Program-made: the position numbers and the translations under genes
Part shown: positions 26,757-34,710 of the stretch, piece after piece
How positions within the stretch are numbered: the stretch's first letter is position 1
Layout of the letters: each line of letters opens with the position of its first letter
The notes under the pieces: model-generated
What the model was told of the DNA's origin: nothing
Seen by the model: the letters and a program-made list of their open reading frames with translations, nothing else
Database searches by the model: none
Source of the DNA: a virus
Taxonomy: Duplodnaviria > Caudoviricetes
DNA length: 38,684 bases
Strand: one strand, 5' to 3'
IMG/VR virus record: IMGVR_UViG_3300029145_000013
Coordinates: 1 to 38,684 of that record

Positions 26757-27107
26757 TCAGTTCTCCAATACTTCGTTTTGCGCTTGCTCCTCAAAAGACG
26801 GAAGCATGTGGTCTTCAATTCGGTTAATGATGTACTGGCCTAGCGTTGCTCTATGTTCATTTGCGATTTCTTCTGTTCGAGCATTTCTTGCAGAAGTGAG
26901 GAGGGCGGCAATTACTCCGTAGTCCCCATCGTCAAATGACTCGCCACCAATCGCTTCTTGTCCGATGTCGGATGCTTGGGCAAGGGAAACGCACATCAGC
27001 CAATACTGTCTGTCTTCAATCGCGGGAAGGGCTAGGTCTACCATCTTGTCCCGCTTACTTTGATTAAGGTCGTGTCTTAGTTCTGCTTGAGAATTTGCAC
27101 AGCTCAT
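26757..27107 (-). CDS. Hypothetical protein
   Basis: SD AAGGAG; 116 aa. Confidence 0.65.
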   Translation of the reverse strand: MSCANSQAELRHDLNQSKRDKMVDLALPAIEDRQYWLMCVSLAQASDIGQEAIGGESFDDGDYGVIAALLTSARNARTEEIANEHRATLGQYIINRIEDHMLPSFEEQAQNEVLEN

Positions 27108-27162
27108 TTCGATCTCCTTAATTTATCTAGAGCGAGTCGAACTACTTCGGGGTGAGGAGGGT

Positions 27163-27459
27163 TCATGCTGCAACCTCATCTCTGTTAGGTTGAAAAATAG
27201 TGTCTTCCCATTGGGTTCTTTCTTCGGGTGGGAGTTTTCTTAATGCTGTCTCAAACCATCTGGTATCTGGTTTCTGTTCGGGATCAGGAGAAATCCTGTA
27301 CCACCACCCAGAATGCCTTTCGTGAGTACGCTTTATCAGAAAATTTCCTTGCTCAACTTTTACAACCTCGCACTTCATCCTGAGTCCCGGAATCGCTTCC
27401 GGCACCAAGTACACTTCCTCGCCAACACAAAACTTTGGTCTCATACCAACACGCTCCAA
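27163..27459 (-). CDS. Hypothetical SH3/KOW-like small protein
   Basis: PKFCVGEEV..WFETALRK pattern. Confidence 0.6.
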   Translation of the reverse strand: MERVGMRPKFCVGEEVYLVPEAIPGLRMKCEVVKVEQGNFLIKRTHERHSGWWYRISPDPEQKPDTRWFETALRKLPPEERTQWEDTIFQPNRDEVAA

Positions 27460-27525
27460 ATAACAAAGTAGGAAACAAGAATGGTTAATAGGAATCCGAG
27501 GGTGTCTTTTAGGGTTTGCATATAG

Positions 27526-27762
27526 TTACCATCCGTAGCCGTAGCCGTAGCCGTTGCCGTAGCCGTAGCCGTAGCCGTTGCCGTTGCCGTTGCCGTTGCC
27601 GTAGCCGTAGCCGTCGCCGTTGCCGTCGCCGTAGCCGTTGCCGTAGCCGTTGCCGTTGCCGTAGCCGTTGCCGTAGCCGTTGCCGTTGCCGTCGCCGTAG
27701 CCGTAGCCGTAGCCGTTGCCGTTTAAGCGAATGGCGTATGCCTCTAGCTCATTCATTACCAC
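27526..27762 (-). CDS. Gly-X (GY/GN/GD) repeat protein
   Basis: About 32 Gly-X dipeptides; coupled to the upstream gene. Confidence 0.75.
   Translation of the reverse strand: MVMNELEAYAIRLNGNGYGYGYGDGNGNGYGNGYGNGNGYGNGYGDGNGDGYGYGNGNGNGNGYGYGYGNGYGYGYGW
27533..27723 (-). repeat. 6-bp tandem repeat GGC(T/A/G)AC, about 32 units
   Basis: Directly visible. Confidence 0.95.
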
Positions 27763-28073
27763 TTACTCTCGTTCACGTTCATGTAAAGAACTACAGAAAG
27801 AGGATGAACGGTGATAGCAGGGCATGGATCTAGCTTGGTGTTTGAGGTTGGGCCGTTCTCAGCAATCTCGCCCAGCCCCTTACTTGTTCCCCATACGCGG
27901 ATAACGGAAGCGTTAGAAATTTTCACTTCAGCCTCGGTTTTTAAAACATTACCCACAACAATCCATCCTCGCTGAAGAACTACTATTTGCTTTTTGGTTG
28001 GCTCTACATTCACGCTATCAGCGCGAACATACTCAACCTCATTTACTTTCATTGTGATTGGCTCGTTTGCCAT
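27756..28073 (-). CDS. Conserved phage protein (DUF6948-like) paired with Gly-X protein
   Basis: IVVLQRGWIVVG..NASVIRVWGTSKGLGEIA.NGP; ATG at 28073. Confidence 0.7.
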   Translation of the reverse strand: MANEPITMKVNEVEYVRADSVNVEPTKKQIVVLQRGWIVVGNVLKTEAEVKISNASVIRVWGTSKGLGEIAENGPTSNTKLDPCPAITVHPLSVVLYMNVNESKW

Positions 28074-28128
28074 TTCCTGCCTCCTGAATAAAACCCCGCC
28101 GACTACAGACTGACGGGGACAACATTGG

Positions 28129-28356
28129 TTAAATGACTCCTGCCTTTGAACACTTGTAAACAACCCCATTCATAGAGTTGGATCTAGTGTGCAAGAACAA
28201 GAATTCCCTTTTGCGGTCAAACTGCTGTCTGGACAGGTCTAACTCCTCGCGGATCTCCGCATCGGTCTTGTCCAGAGCCTTGGCGTAAACAACCTGCTTC
28301 TTATCACCACGCACTTTGTCGCGAATTCGTTGTATATCAGTCTGTGTTAATTCCAT
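28129..28356 (-). CDS. Solo LuxR-like HTH protein, first gene from PL
   Basis: KTDAEIREELDLSRQQFDRKRE..F...RSNS...VV....AGVI resembles a LuxR HTH; ATG at 28356. Confidence 0.6.
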   Translation of the reverse strand: MELTQTDIQRIRDKVRGDKKQVVYAKALDKTDAEIREELDLSRQQFDRKREFLFLHTRSNSMNGVVYKCSKAGVI

Positions 28357-28362
28357 GTTTCG

Positions 28363-28402
28363 TATTAAAACATACTGTTTTAATAAACACAACATGTTTT
28401 AA
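28363..28402 (-). promoter_or_regulatory. PL promoter with two operators
   Basis: Minus strand TTGTGT-17-TTTAAT with extended TG; operators AAACA-TAC-TGTTT 28368 and ACACA-ACA-TGTTT 28387. Confidence 0.75.
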
Positions 28403-28598
28403 ACAAAAAAGTTGCGGAGAATCCTTATAAACATCTATGGGGAAAAAGGGTATATTGGAGGGGCTTAGGGGAATACGGAGACGAGAGGATTGTCTATGGC
28501 CCCTAATTGCTCAGGAACTACAGAAATGGACTACACAGCACTGCCAGACAAACTGGCGCTATTGGAAGTGAGAGACAAGGAAGTGTTGCTTGAGAAGA

Positions 28599-28892
28599 TT
28601 AACCTTCTTCTACAGGCTCCAGAAGAGTGTCAATCATCTGCAAAACCAGCGCAGCCTTAGACTTAGGCAATTTTTCTAATTTTTCCAGGATTTCGGCGTC
28701 CAGGCGGCTCTCTATGCCCTCAGTTTCGAGAATCCTGAGAGCCCGGTCGTAATATTCTTTAGGAAGGCTTCCACGATAGACCCAATTATTGTATTGCTGG
28801 CTAGAATTGGCTCCGATCAGTCGTGCCATATCCGCCTTATTTAGGCCTTTGGAAGTGCGGTAATCCTCTACCTTCTTGATGAGATCCGTCAT
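28599..28892 (-). CDS. cI: CI-like repressor (HTH only, no S24 peptidase domain)
   Basis: KGLNKADMARLIG..SQQYNNWVYRGSLP HTH; divergent from cro-like gene. Confidence 0.82.
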   Translation of the reverse strand: MTDLIKKVEDYRTSKGLNKADMARLIGANSSQQYNNWVYRGSLPKEYYDRALRILETEGIESRLDAEILEKLEKLPKSKAALVLQMIDTLLEPVEEG

Positions 28893-28977
28893 GCGCTAAT
28901 TATGCCTCAACTTGTTTTCCATTGAACGAAACAATCTGTGTTGACAATAGCAACACAACATGTTTTAATTCTGCTTC
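28893..28977. promoter_or_regulatory. OR region: PR, PRM and three operators
   Basis: PR TTGACA(28941)-17-TTTAAT(28964); PRM -10 CATAAT 6 nt before cI ATG; operators at 28905, 28929, 28953 (24-bp spacing). Confidence 0.8.
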
Positions 28978-29178
28978 ATGGATTTAGTTGAAGATGTAAT
29001 CAGCGCGCTAGGCGGCGTGAAGGCCGCGCAGCAACGATATGGGTATTCAAGCCCGATGGGTGTCTATGTGTGGAGAAGTAGAGGTCTCCCCCAAAAGCAC
29101 CTAATTGATATACATCTAGCTACAGGCATTCCCCTGGAGCGACTTCAACCCCAAGGGGCAGCAACCCCTAAGAATTAA
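28978..29178 (+). CDS. cro: Cro-like protein
   Basis: VISALGGVKAAQQRYG...GVYVWRSRGLP; 66 aa, divergent from cI. Confidence 0.85.
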   Translation: MDLVEDVISALGGVKAAQQRYGYSSPMGVYVWRSRGLPQKHLIDIHLATGIPLERLQPQGAATPKN

Positions 29179-29183
29179 AGATG

Positions 29184-29207
29184 ACCCGCATTCTACGGCG
29201 GGTTTTT
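29184..29207 (+). terminator. tR1-like terminator
   Basis: ACCCGC-loop-GCGGGT followed by a T tract. Confidence 0.7.
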
Positions 29208-29248
29208 CGTGCCTGGAAGATATAAAAACCACTGAGGATTCATCCAGT

Positions 29249-29431
29249 ATGTCCACATTAGACACATCACCCGAAGCAAAAGACCGAATGGTCAAGAAGT
29301 GTGACGAAGAGATTCGCCGCTTAACTATTCACGGTGTTGAGGTACAGGACCGGGCTAACAGAATTTTAGAAAGACTCGCTGAAGACATAAAAGTTCAGGA
29401 AGAGACCAAGAGGTTTTGGTTAGGAGAGTAA
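29249..29431 (+). CDS. Hypothetical helical protein
   Basis: 60 aa, SD GAGGA. Confidence 0.6.
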   Translation: MSTLDTSPEAKDRMVKKCDEEIRRLTIHGVEVQDRANRILERLAEDIKVQEETKRFWLGE

Positions 29432-29997
29432 GTGGCCCTTCGCAGAGCGACTGTGGAAAGGAGGGGATGGACCCTCGTTAGCAGGGATGCTTTTTGATTA
29501 TGGGAACTGAAGTTTACGTATACGTGATTGGAACCAACGACCGTCACTTCACTGAAGATGGTCCGGTGAAGATAGGTGTTACTGCTAGTCCCTTCAAAAG
29601 AAAACAGCACCTGCAAGTAGGTTCCCCAACAGAATTACAGTTTAAAGGGCTGGTTATATACCCAAGCAGGGTTATGGCCGAGTTTGTAGAAAAATCATTA
29701 CACGAAGCGTTTGCTGACAAACGAATTAGAGGGGAGTGGTTTGATGTTCCCTCGATAGATCCACTTGTTTGGTTAGACCAAGAAGCACTAGAAGACGAAA
29801 GGTTTTTGGGCGAGTGGGTAGATATTTTAGAACCAAACACTCCGGGCATTAGCGAGAGGAAAAACGAAACCTCTCGGCAGGGTTGACCCTCCCTAAAGTG
29901 CCCTGATTCATCGAGAGCTGATGAGTCGGATAGAGGCCATATTCGATACGGAGTTGAAAGACAGCTCGCTATATTTTTCGGAAAGGTTAATAGCCTT
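29432..29997 (+). ncRNA. Candidate structured RNA element in two blocks (29432-29490 and 29844-29997) interrupted by an endonuclease ORF
   Basis: About nine nested helices, with G-U pairs consistent on the + strand, and a long-range GTGGCC/GGCCAT pairing. Confidence 0.55.
29500..29886 (+). CDS. T5orf172/MUG113 (GIY-YIG superfamily) nuclease-like protein
   Basis: YVYVIG..VKIGVT..P.KR..LQVGSP..EKSLH..F...RIRGEWF. Confidence 0.85.
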   Translation: MGTEVYVYVIGTNDRHFTEDGPVKIGVTASPFKRKQHLQVGSPTELQFKGLVIYPSRVMAEFVEKSLHEAFADKRIRGEWFDVPSIDPLVWLDQEALEDERFLGEWVDILEPNTPGISERKNETSRQG

Positions 29998-30017
29998 ATT
30001 AAAGGGAAGTTGCATCT

Positions 30018-30389
30018 ATGGAATACAGCCCACTATTTGAAAAACTGTGGAATACCTTCGACTCCGAGTTTGGAGCAAAGGGAAGTAAGCCAAAGGCATA
30101 TAACGCATTCAACAAATTAAGAACAGATGTTGAAGAGATCATCAGTTCTTATCAACGCCAGTTACAAAACAAGAAACTAATCAAACATCGTGGAGGCTTC
30201 ACCGCTCCTTTTCAACACGTAGAAAGATATCTGCGGAATGAGAGATGGCGAGATGATCCCGAACACATTCCTGCTAACAATTCTCCTGGCTGGAAAGATT
30301 ACGAAAAGCCAGAGGACACAGGACGGACTTTATCACCTGAAGAGAAAAAGCAACGAATCAAAGAAATGCGGGAGGCAATAGGACTATGA
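30018..30389 (+). CDS. Replication-initiator C-terminal domain-like protein
   Basis: FEKLWNTF..KGSKPKAYNAFNKL..HVERYLRNERWRD; no N-terminal wHTH. Confidence 0.7.
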   Translation: MEYSPLFEKLWNTFDSEFGAKGSKPKAYNAFNKLRTDVEEIISSYQRQLQNKKLIKHRGGFTAPFQHVERYLRNERWRDDPEHIPANNSPGWKDYEKPEDTGRTLSPEEKKQRIKEMREAIGL

Positions 30390-30628
30390 GTATTTGTCAG
30401 TACAGAAAATGTCATAACTCACTTATTGGACTGAACACTCGGGGCGGGAGGAAGCGGATTTACTGCGGAGCAACATGCCGAGAACTGGAAACGGCGGCAA
30501 GACGATCAGAATCCAGAGGTGTTGGAACAGTAGTTAAACCCGAAATCCAACAAGAGAAAAAATACCAAAGGGAAAAAGAGTTTCATCTTGACTGGCTAAA
30601 AAAGCCACTAGGAGTAGCCAATGGCTAA
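30386..30628 (+). CDS. Zn-finger hypothetical protein
   Basis: CQYRKC..GRKRIYCGATCR. Confidence 0.6.
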   Translation: MSICQYRKCHNSLIGLNTRGGRKRIYCGATCRELETAARRSESRGVGTVVKPEIQQEKKYQREKEFHLDWLKKPLGVANG

Positions 30629-30926
30629 TAAGAATGCAGGGATACGAATCGGTCACGTTAATCAGAACAAAACTGTGAACAGTAATGAAGGCACTTTTTC
30701 CTATAAGCCCAGCCATGACGTTAAGCGGATTATGACAAAAAACCGCTTGAAGCTAATCGCTGGAGGAACGTCTGGACAAAATGTTTCTTGGGAGAATTTA
30801 CCTGTTCAAGCCAAGGTTCAGATTGAGCTACTACAACACTACTTTCCAAGCATGGATACTGAAACACAGAAGAGGGCTAGCAGGACCATGAAGGAACTCA
30901 CAGAGAGATACAACCTCGCCGCATGA
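30621..30926 (+). CDS. Hypothetical protein
   Basis: SD AGGAG; coupled ORF. Confidence 0.6.
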   Translation: MANKNAGIRIGHVNQNKTVNSNEGTFSYKPSHDVKRIMTKNRLKLIAGGTSGQNVSWENLPVQAKVQIELLQHYFPSMDTETQKRASRTMKELTERYNLAA

Positions 30927-31777
30927 GAAAGCACATCTTCATTCCTGATTGTCAGGTAACACCAGACACACCTACCGACCATCTCAAATGGATAGGTGAG
31001 TATTTGGTGGAACAAAAGCCCGAGGTCATTGTGAACATTGGTGACTTTGCGGACATGGAAAGCCTCAGTTCTTACGACACAGGTAAGAAAGACTTTGAGG
31101 GAAGAAGATATATCCGAGATGTAGACGCAGCTCGAAAGGCAATGGAAGTTCTAATGAACCCATTGGATTCCTATAACCAGCGCCAAAAAGAATCCAGGCA
31201 CAAACAATTCAAACCTGAACTCCACTTCACATTAGGTAATCACGAAGAACGAATCACCAGAGCCATTAACAATGACGCGAAGCTAGATGGAACTCTCGGG
31301 TTAATGGATCTCGGTTATGAAGAATTTGGATGGACTGTTCACGATTACTTAAAGCCAGTCATTTTAGATGGTGTTGCTTATGCGCACTTCTTTGCCAACC
31401 CATTAAGCGGAAGACCTTGGGGCGGGCAATCAATTGATACAAGACTCAAAAACATAGGCTTCAGTTTTTCCATGGGCCATCAGCAAGTGAAGATGGTTGG
31501 GGAGAGGTACTTAAACAACGGCCAACGGATAAGAGGTCTTGTATGCGGATCGTGTTATTTGCATGACGAAAATTACATGGGGCCGCAAGGCAACGCTTAC
31601 TGGAGAGGGATATTAGTAAAGCACGAGGTGAATAACGGCCAATACGATTTGATGGAAGTCTCTCTTGATTACCTATGCAGAAGGTACGAGGGAGTTCCCG
31701 TTTGGGAATTTATGAAAGAGCAATACCCCGAGATATACGAAGGGTCAACGTGGATGAGGTATCAGGGTGACTCCTAG
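30923..31777 (+). CDS. Calcineurin-like metallophosphoesterase
   Basis: IPDCQ, IGDFADM, LGNHE, YAH, MGHQQ motifs. Confidence 0.9.
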   Translation: MRKHIFIPDCQVTPDTPTDHLKWIGEYLVEQKPEVIVNIGDFADMESLSSYDTGKKDFEGRRYIRDVDAARKAMEVLMNPLDSYNQRQKESRHKQFKPELHFTLGNHEERITRAINNDAKLDGTLGLMDLGYEEFGWTVHDYLKPVILDGVAYAHFFANPLSGRPWGGQSIDTRLKNIGFSFSMGHQQVKMVGERYLNNGQRIRGLVCGSCYLHDENYMGPQGNAYWRGILVKHEVNNGQYDLMEVSLDYLCRRYEGVPVWEFMKEQYPEIYEGSTWMRYQGDS

Positions 31778-32207
31778 CGGCCAAGCCTGGACATGCAACG
31801 CATCTCACAAGTGGGATTCGTTTATCAAGTTTTGCCAGGAGAAAAAGGAAGCGGGCGCAAACATCACTTTTAAGATCGTAAACAGTAAACACAGATCGTT
31901 AGAACAAAACGACATGAAGGAGTTTCAGGTAACAGAAATTGCAAAGCATTGTCATGGCGGCGATGAAAGGGCGGCGAGGCGACAGATAAAACTAGAGGTA
32001 GGTGTTCCCATCTTACGAAGAGACAACCCTGAGTTTAGGGCTTTATATGACAAGGTAATCAAGCACCACGATTACGAAACCAAGTTAGAAATGATGGATC
32101 ACTTACCAGTAACCAGCTCAATGAAGGTAAGTCAGATGACAGAGTGTATTGAGAACACGTTTAGGCATTTTGCAACAGTCGTACCGTGGCCGGAGAAGAA
32201 GCAATGA
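31767..32207 (+). CDS. NinB-like protein
   Basis: RSLEQN, KLEVGVPILR, PVTSSMKVSQM motifs. Confidence 0.7.
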   Translation: MTPSGQAWTCNASHKWDSFIKFCQEKKEAGANITFKIVNSKHRSLEQNDMKEFQVTEIAKHCHGGDERAARRQIKLEVGVPILRRDNPEFRALYDKVIKHHDYETKLEMMDHLPVTSSMKVSQMTECIENTFRHFATVVPWPEKKQ

Positions 32208-32692
32208 ATCCAATTATTATGCAATGGGTAAGGTTTTGGTTATTCCCAATCACATTAGCCCTTTTTGTTACAGGCTCTTGGATATATTTCGAACTCTCTG
32301 ATTCGCCGGAACCAACCGTAGAAGAAGAGCTAACCCGATCCCACGTAGCCCAACTACAAGAACAATTCTCAATTCCTGAAATGACCTGTAAGCAACTATT
32401 CGGAGAAGACAGGAGATACCAAGACCCTCGCCCCCAAGTTGAATGTGAAGCGGATAGACCAGGATTCTTTTTCTGGCAGGACATAAACGATGGGGGAGAT
32501 TGGGAAGTCTTTTACTACAACCAATACCCAACAGAAATAACAGGTTTCATGTTCACCACCAATCCCGAGGAAGTGAAGATTACTTTTAAGGACATGAGAG
32601 GGAACGAGACTGAATCGGTTGTAGAGATAGTGAGTGATTTTAAACCCTGCACTTTAGAGAACGGGTGTTCAAGAGTGGAGCATGTGATATGA
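32204..32692 (+). CDS. Hypothetical membrane-anchored protein
   Basis: N-terminal TM segment; ATGA-coupled start at 32204. Confidence 0.6.
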   Translation: MNPIIMQWVRFWLFPITLALFVTGSWIYFELSDSPEPTVEEELTRSHVAQLQEQFSIPEMTCKQLFGEDRRYQDPRPQVECEADRPGFFFWQDINDGGDWEVFYYNQYPTEITGFMFTTNPEEVKITFKDMRGNETESVVEIVSDFKPCTLENGCSRVEHVI

Positions 32693-32805
32693 GCGGGTGG
32701 AAGGGTGACTATGATGATAGGGTTGCTTTGCTGTATGCCTTGTTCTGTGGCGCTGGCTCTATGTTTTGCATTTGGTTTATAGCGTGGGGCGTGCATTACC
32801 TATGA
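32689..32805 (+). CDS. 38-aa membrane peptide
   Basis: MSGWKGDYDDRVALLYALFCGAGSMFCIWFIAWGVHYL; ATGA-coupled on both sides. Confidence 0.55.
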   Translation: MSGWKGDYDDRVALLYALFCGAGSMFCIWFIAWGVHYL

Positions 32806-33371
32806 AGGTTTTAGTTGCGTGTGAATACAGCGGAATAGTTCGGGACGCCTTTTTAGCTCTCGGCTATGAGGCCATGTCATGCGACTTGCTCCCAACAGAG
32901 AAGCCGGGGCCGCACTATCAAGGTGATGTATTCGATGTAATTGACTATCCGTGGGATTTAATGATTGCTCACCCACCTTGCACTCACCAAGCGGTATCGG
33001 GTGCAAGGCATTTTGCTGAAAAGAGACTGGATGGAAGGCAGCAAGCAGGCGTTTCGTTTTTTATGAAGCTGGCTAAATGCGACATACCAAAAAAGGTATT
33101 GGAGAACCCTGTTTCGATTATCAGTTCGTTATGGAGAAAGCCCGATCAAATTATACAGCCTTGGCAATACGGCCACGGTGAAACAAAAGCTATCTGCTTG
33201 TGGCTTGAGGGTGTGGAAAAACTTCAACCGACAAACATTGTTGAAGGTAGGGAGCCTCGTATACATCACATGCCCCCAAGTGTTGATAGAGGAAAACTGA
33301 GATCAGAGTTTTACACAGGTATTGCTGAAGCAATGGCATCTCAATGGGGAGAGGGGAGAAAAGCCGCATGA
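32802..33371 (+). CDS. Minimal phage C5 cytosine DNA methyltransferase
   Basis: MKVLVACEYSG, SCDL, IAHPPCT catalytic motif, LENP. Confidence 0.88.
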   Translation: MKVLVACEYSGIVRDAFLALGYEAMSCDLLPTEKPGPHYQGDVFDVIDYPWDLMIAHPPCTHQAVSGARHFAEKRLDGRQQAGVSFFMKLAKCDIPKKVLENPVSIISSLWRKPDQIIQPWQYGHGETKAICLWLEGVEKLQPTNIVEGREPRIHHMPPSVDRGKLRSEFYTGIAEAMASQWGEGRKAA

Positions 33372-33847
33372 CATACCTAACCCTATTCACAATCAACCTA
33401 ATAGGCGTTGCTTGTAAGTCCTTCCAACAAATTTCAGTTGTGGAATACAAGTGGCTCTTAATACCCCCTGTTAGTTACGCAATGCAGATTTGGTTAGTCG
33501 CTAATGTTTATTTTGTTACTCAAACAGAAAGTCTAGGGCTGGTTGTTTTGGTTGGTGGTACGGGTGCATTCCTTGGCTCGTGGCTGGGTATGTATCTCCA
33601 GCAGCTAATTGATGCAAAGAAAAACACCGCACTAATAACCCAAGACGAAATAGACCAACACCAAGGCAAGAGAGGTGATCTCTTAAAGTCTAAGGGAATA
33701 CCTATCACATGGGATGGTCGGTTCGATGATAACTACGCCATTGGCATAGAGATGATAGAGAACAAGAAGTCGCCTGGAATCGTGGCTTACGAATACACAT
33801 GGGCGTTAAAAAATGGCCAAGAAGAAAACACTCAGAAAGCTAGTTGA
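33368..33847 (+). CDS. Hypothetical membrane protein (3 TM plus soluble C-terminus)
   Basis: Hydrophobic segments; ATGA-coupled start at 33368. Confidence 0.6.
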   Translation: MTYLTLFTINLIGVACKSFQQISVVEYKWLLIPPVSYAMQIWLVANVYFVTQTESLGLVVLVGGTGAFLGSWLGMYLQQLIDAKKNTALITQDEIDQHQGKRGDLLKSKGIPITWDGRFDDNYAIGIEMIENKKSPGIVAYEYTWALKNGQEENTQKAS

Positions 33848-34235
33848 TGACGTAGCGGTACAACTGCAAAAGCTAGTGAGGCTGAAGGAAGCAGTCTTAA
33901 ACGATGGCTATGTTAGATGCTGGTACTCGGGCGAGATGATCCACTGGAAGGAAGCCGATGGGTGTCACTACATTTCTAGAACTCACCAAGCAACAAAGAT
34001 TCTTGAGGAAAACATACACCCAGGCAAGAAGGGGTTAAACCTTCGAGCAGGAAGGGGGGATTCATTGCTTCACGCTGATTACCGTCGAAACATGGTTGAG
34101 TTCTACGGCGAGGAGTTTGTAGATGAGCTGGAAAGGTCAGCGCGGGAACCAATCAAATACTCTCGACCAGACCTAGAAGATCAGCTAAAGGATTTAAGAA
34201 AGCGTAACAGGGAATTGGAGGCGCAGTTATGTTAA
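33813..34235 (+). CDS. NinG/Rap-like endonuclease
   Basis: LQKLVRL..GYVRC..ADGCHYISR..EENIHP..YGEEFVDEL; several Cys are degenerate. Confidence 0.78.
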   Translation: MAKKKTLRKLVDDVAVQLQKLVRLKEAVLNDGYVRCWYSGEMIHWKEADGCHYISRTHQATKILEENIHPGKKGLNLRAGRGDSLLHADYRRNMVEFYGEEFVDELERSAREPIKYSRPDLEDQLKDLRKRNRELEAQLC

Positions 34236-34489
34236 AGCGTCAGATATGCTTTTTTATCCTTGCTATTGGGCTTAGTGCGTCACTTCTGACCTGTAAAACT
34301 GACTACAGAACTGACTACGAGAAAAACAACGGAATAGAACTTACTCCTTATCAAATAGAAGTAAGGAAAGAGATTAAAAGAGCAAACAGGGCGGCGAGAG
34401 TGCGGGACATGATGCGGGAAAACGAGCAGATGAGGATAAGAAGGATCTTAAATTGTCCGAGTCCCAATTATTTGGATTGTTGGTGGTAG
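34229..34489 (+). CDS. Hypothetical exported or lipoprotein-like protein
   Basis: N-terminal hydrophobic stretch followed by Cys. Confidence 0.5.
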   Translation: MLKRQICFFILAIGLSASLLTCKTDYRTDYEKNNGIELTPYQIEVRKEIKRANRAARVRDMMRENEQMRIRRILNCPSPNYLDCWW

Positions 34490-34491
34490 GG

Positions 34492-34710
34492 ATGAAATTT
34501 AGGTGTGGTTATAAAGCGAAACTTAAACACAGAGCCAGAAAGTATTGGCATTCTTATTTTGCTTGGCTTCCTGTAAGTGTTGGTGAGCATGATTGCCGCT
34601 GGCTGGAATTTGTTGAGAGAAAAGGGCGCTGGAAAGATGGCTGGTGTTTGGCTCCTGGATGCGCGCCCTTTAAAACAAAAAAATGGTACTGGGAGTATCG
34701 CGCAAAGTGA
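34492..34710 (+). CDS. Hypothetical protein
   Basis: WHSYFAWLPV..RWLEFVERK..WEYR pattern. Confidence 0.65.
   Translation: MKFRCGYKAKLKHRARKYWHSYFAWLPVSVGEHDCRWLEFVERKGRWKDGWCLAPGCAPFKTKKWYWEYRAK

Noticed and set aside
27533-27723. Diversity-generating retroelement or CRISPR array
   Set aside because: AAC/TAC/GAC variation looks DGR-like, but there is no reverse transcriptase or TR/VR pair, and no spacers or cas genes.
27516-27833. Arg/Ser/Cys-rich ORF on the + strand
   Set aside because: Antisense shadow of the 6-bp repeat; the operon runs on the minus strand.
29865-29960. Hammerhead ribozyme (CTGATGAG and GAAA present)
   Set aside because: I could not build stems I-III around the core; CTGATGAG sits in a better alternative hairpin.
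29423-29997. Canonical group I intron
   Set aside because: An imperfect P1-like pairing exists at the TAA, but the P/Q/R/S and P7 elements are not found in order, and the downstream gene has its own start.
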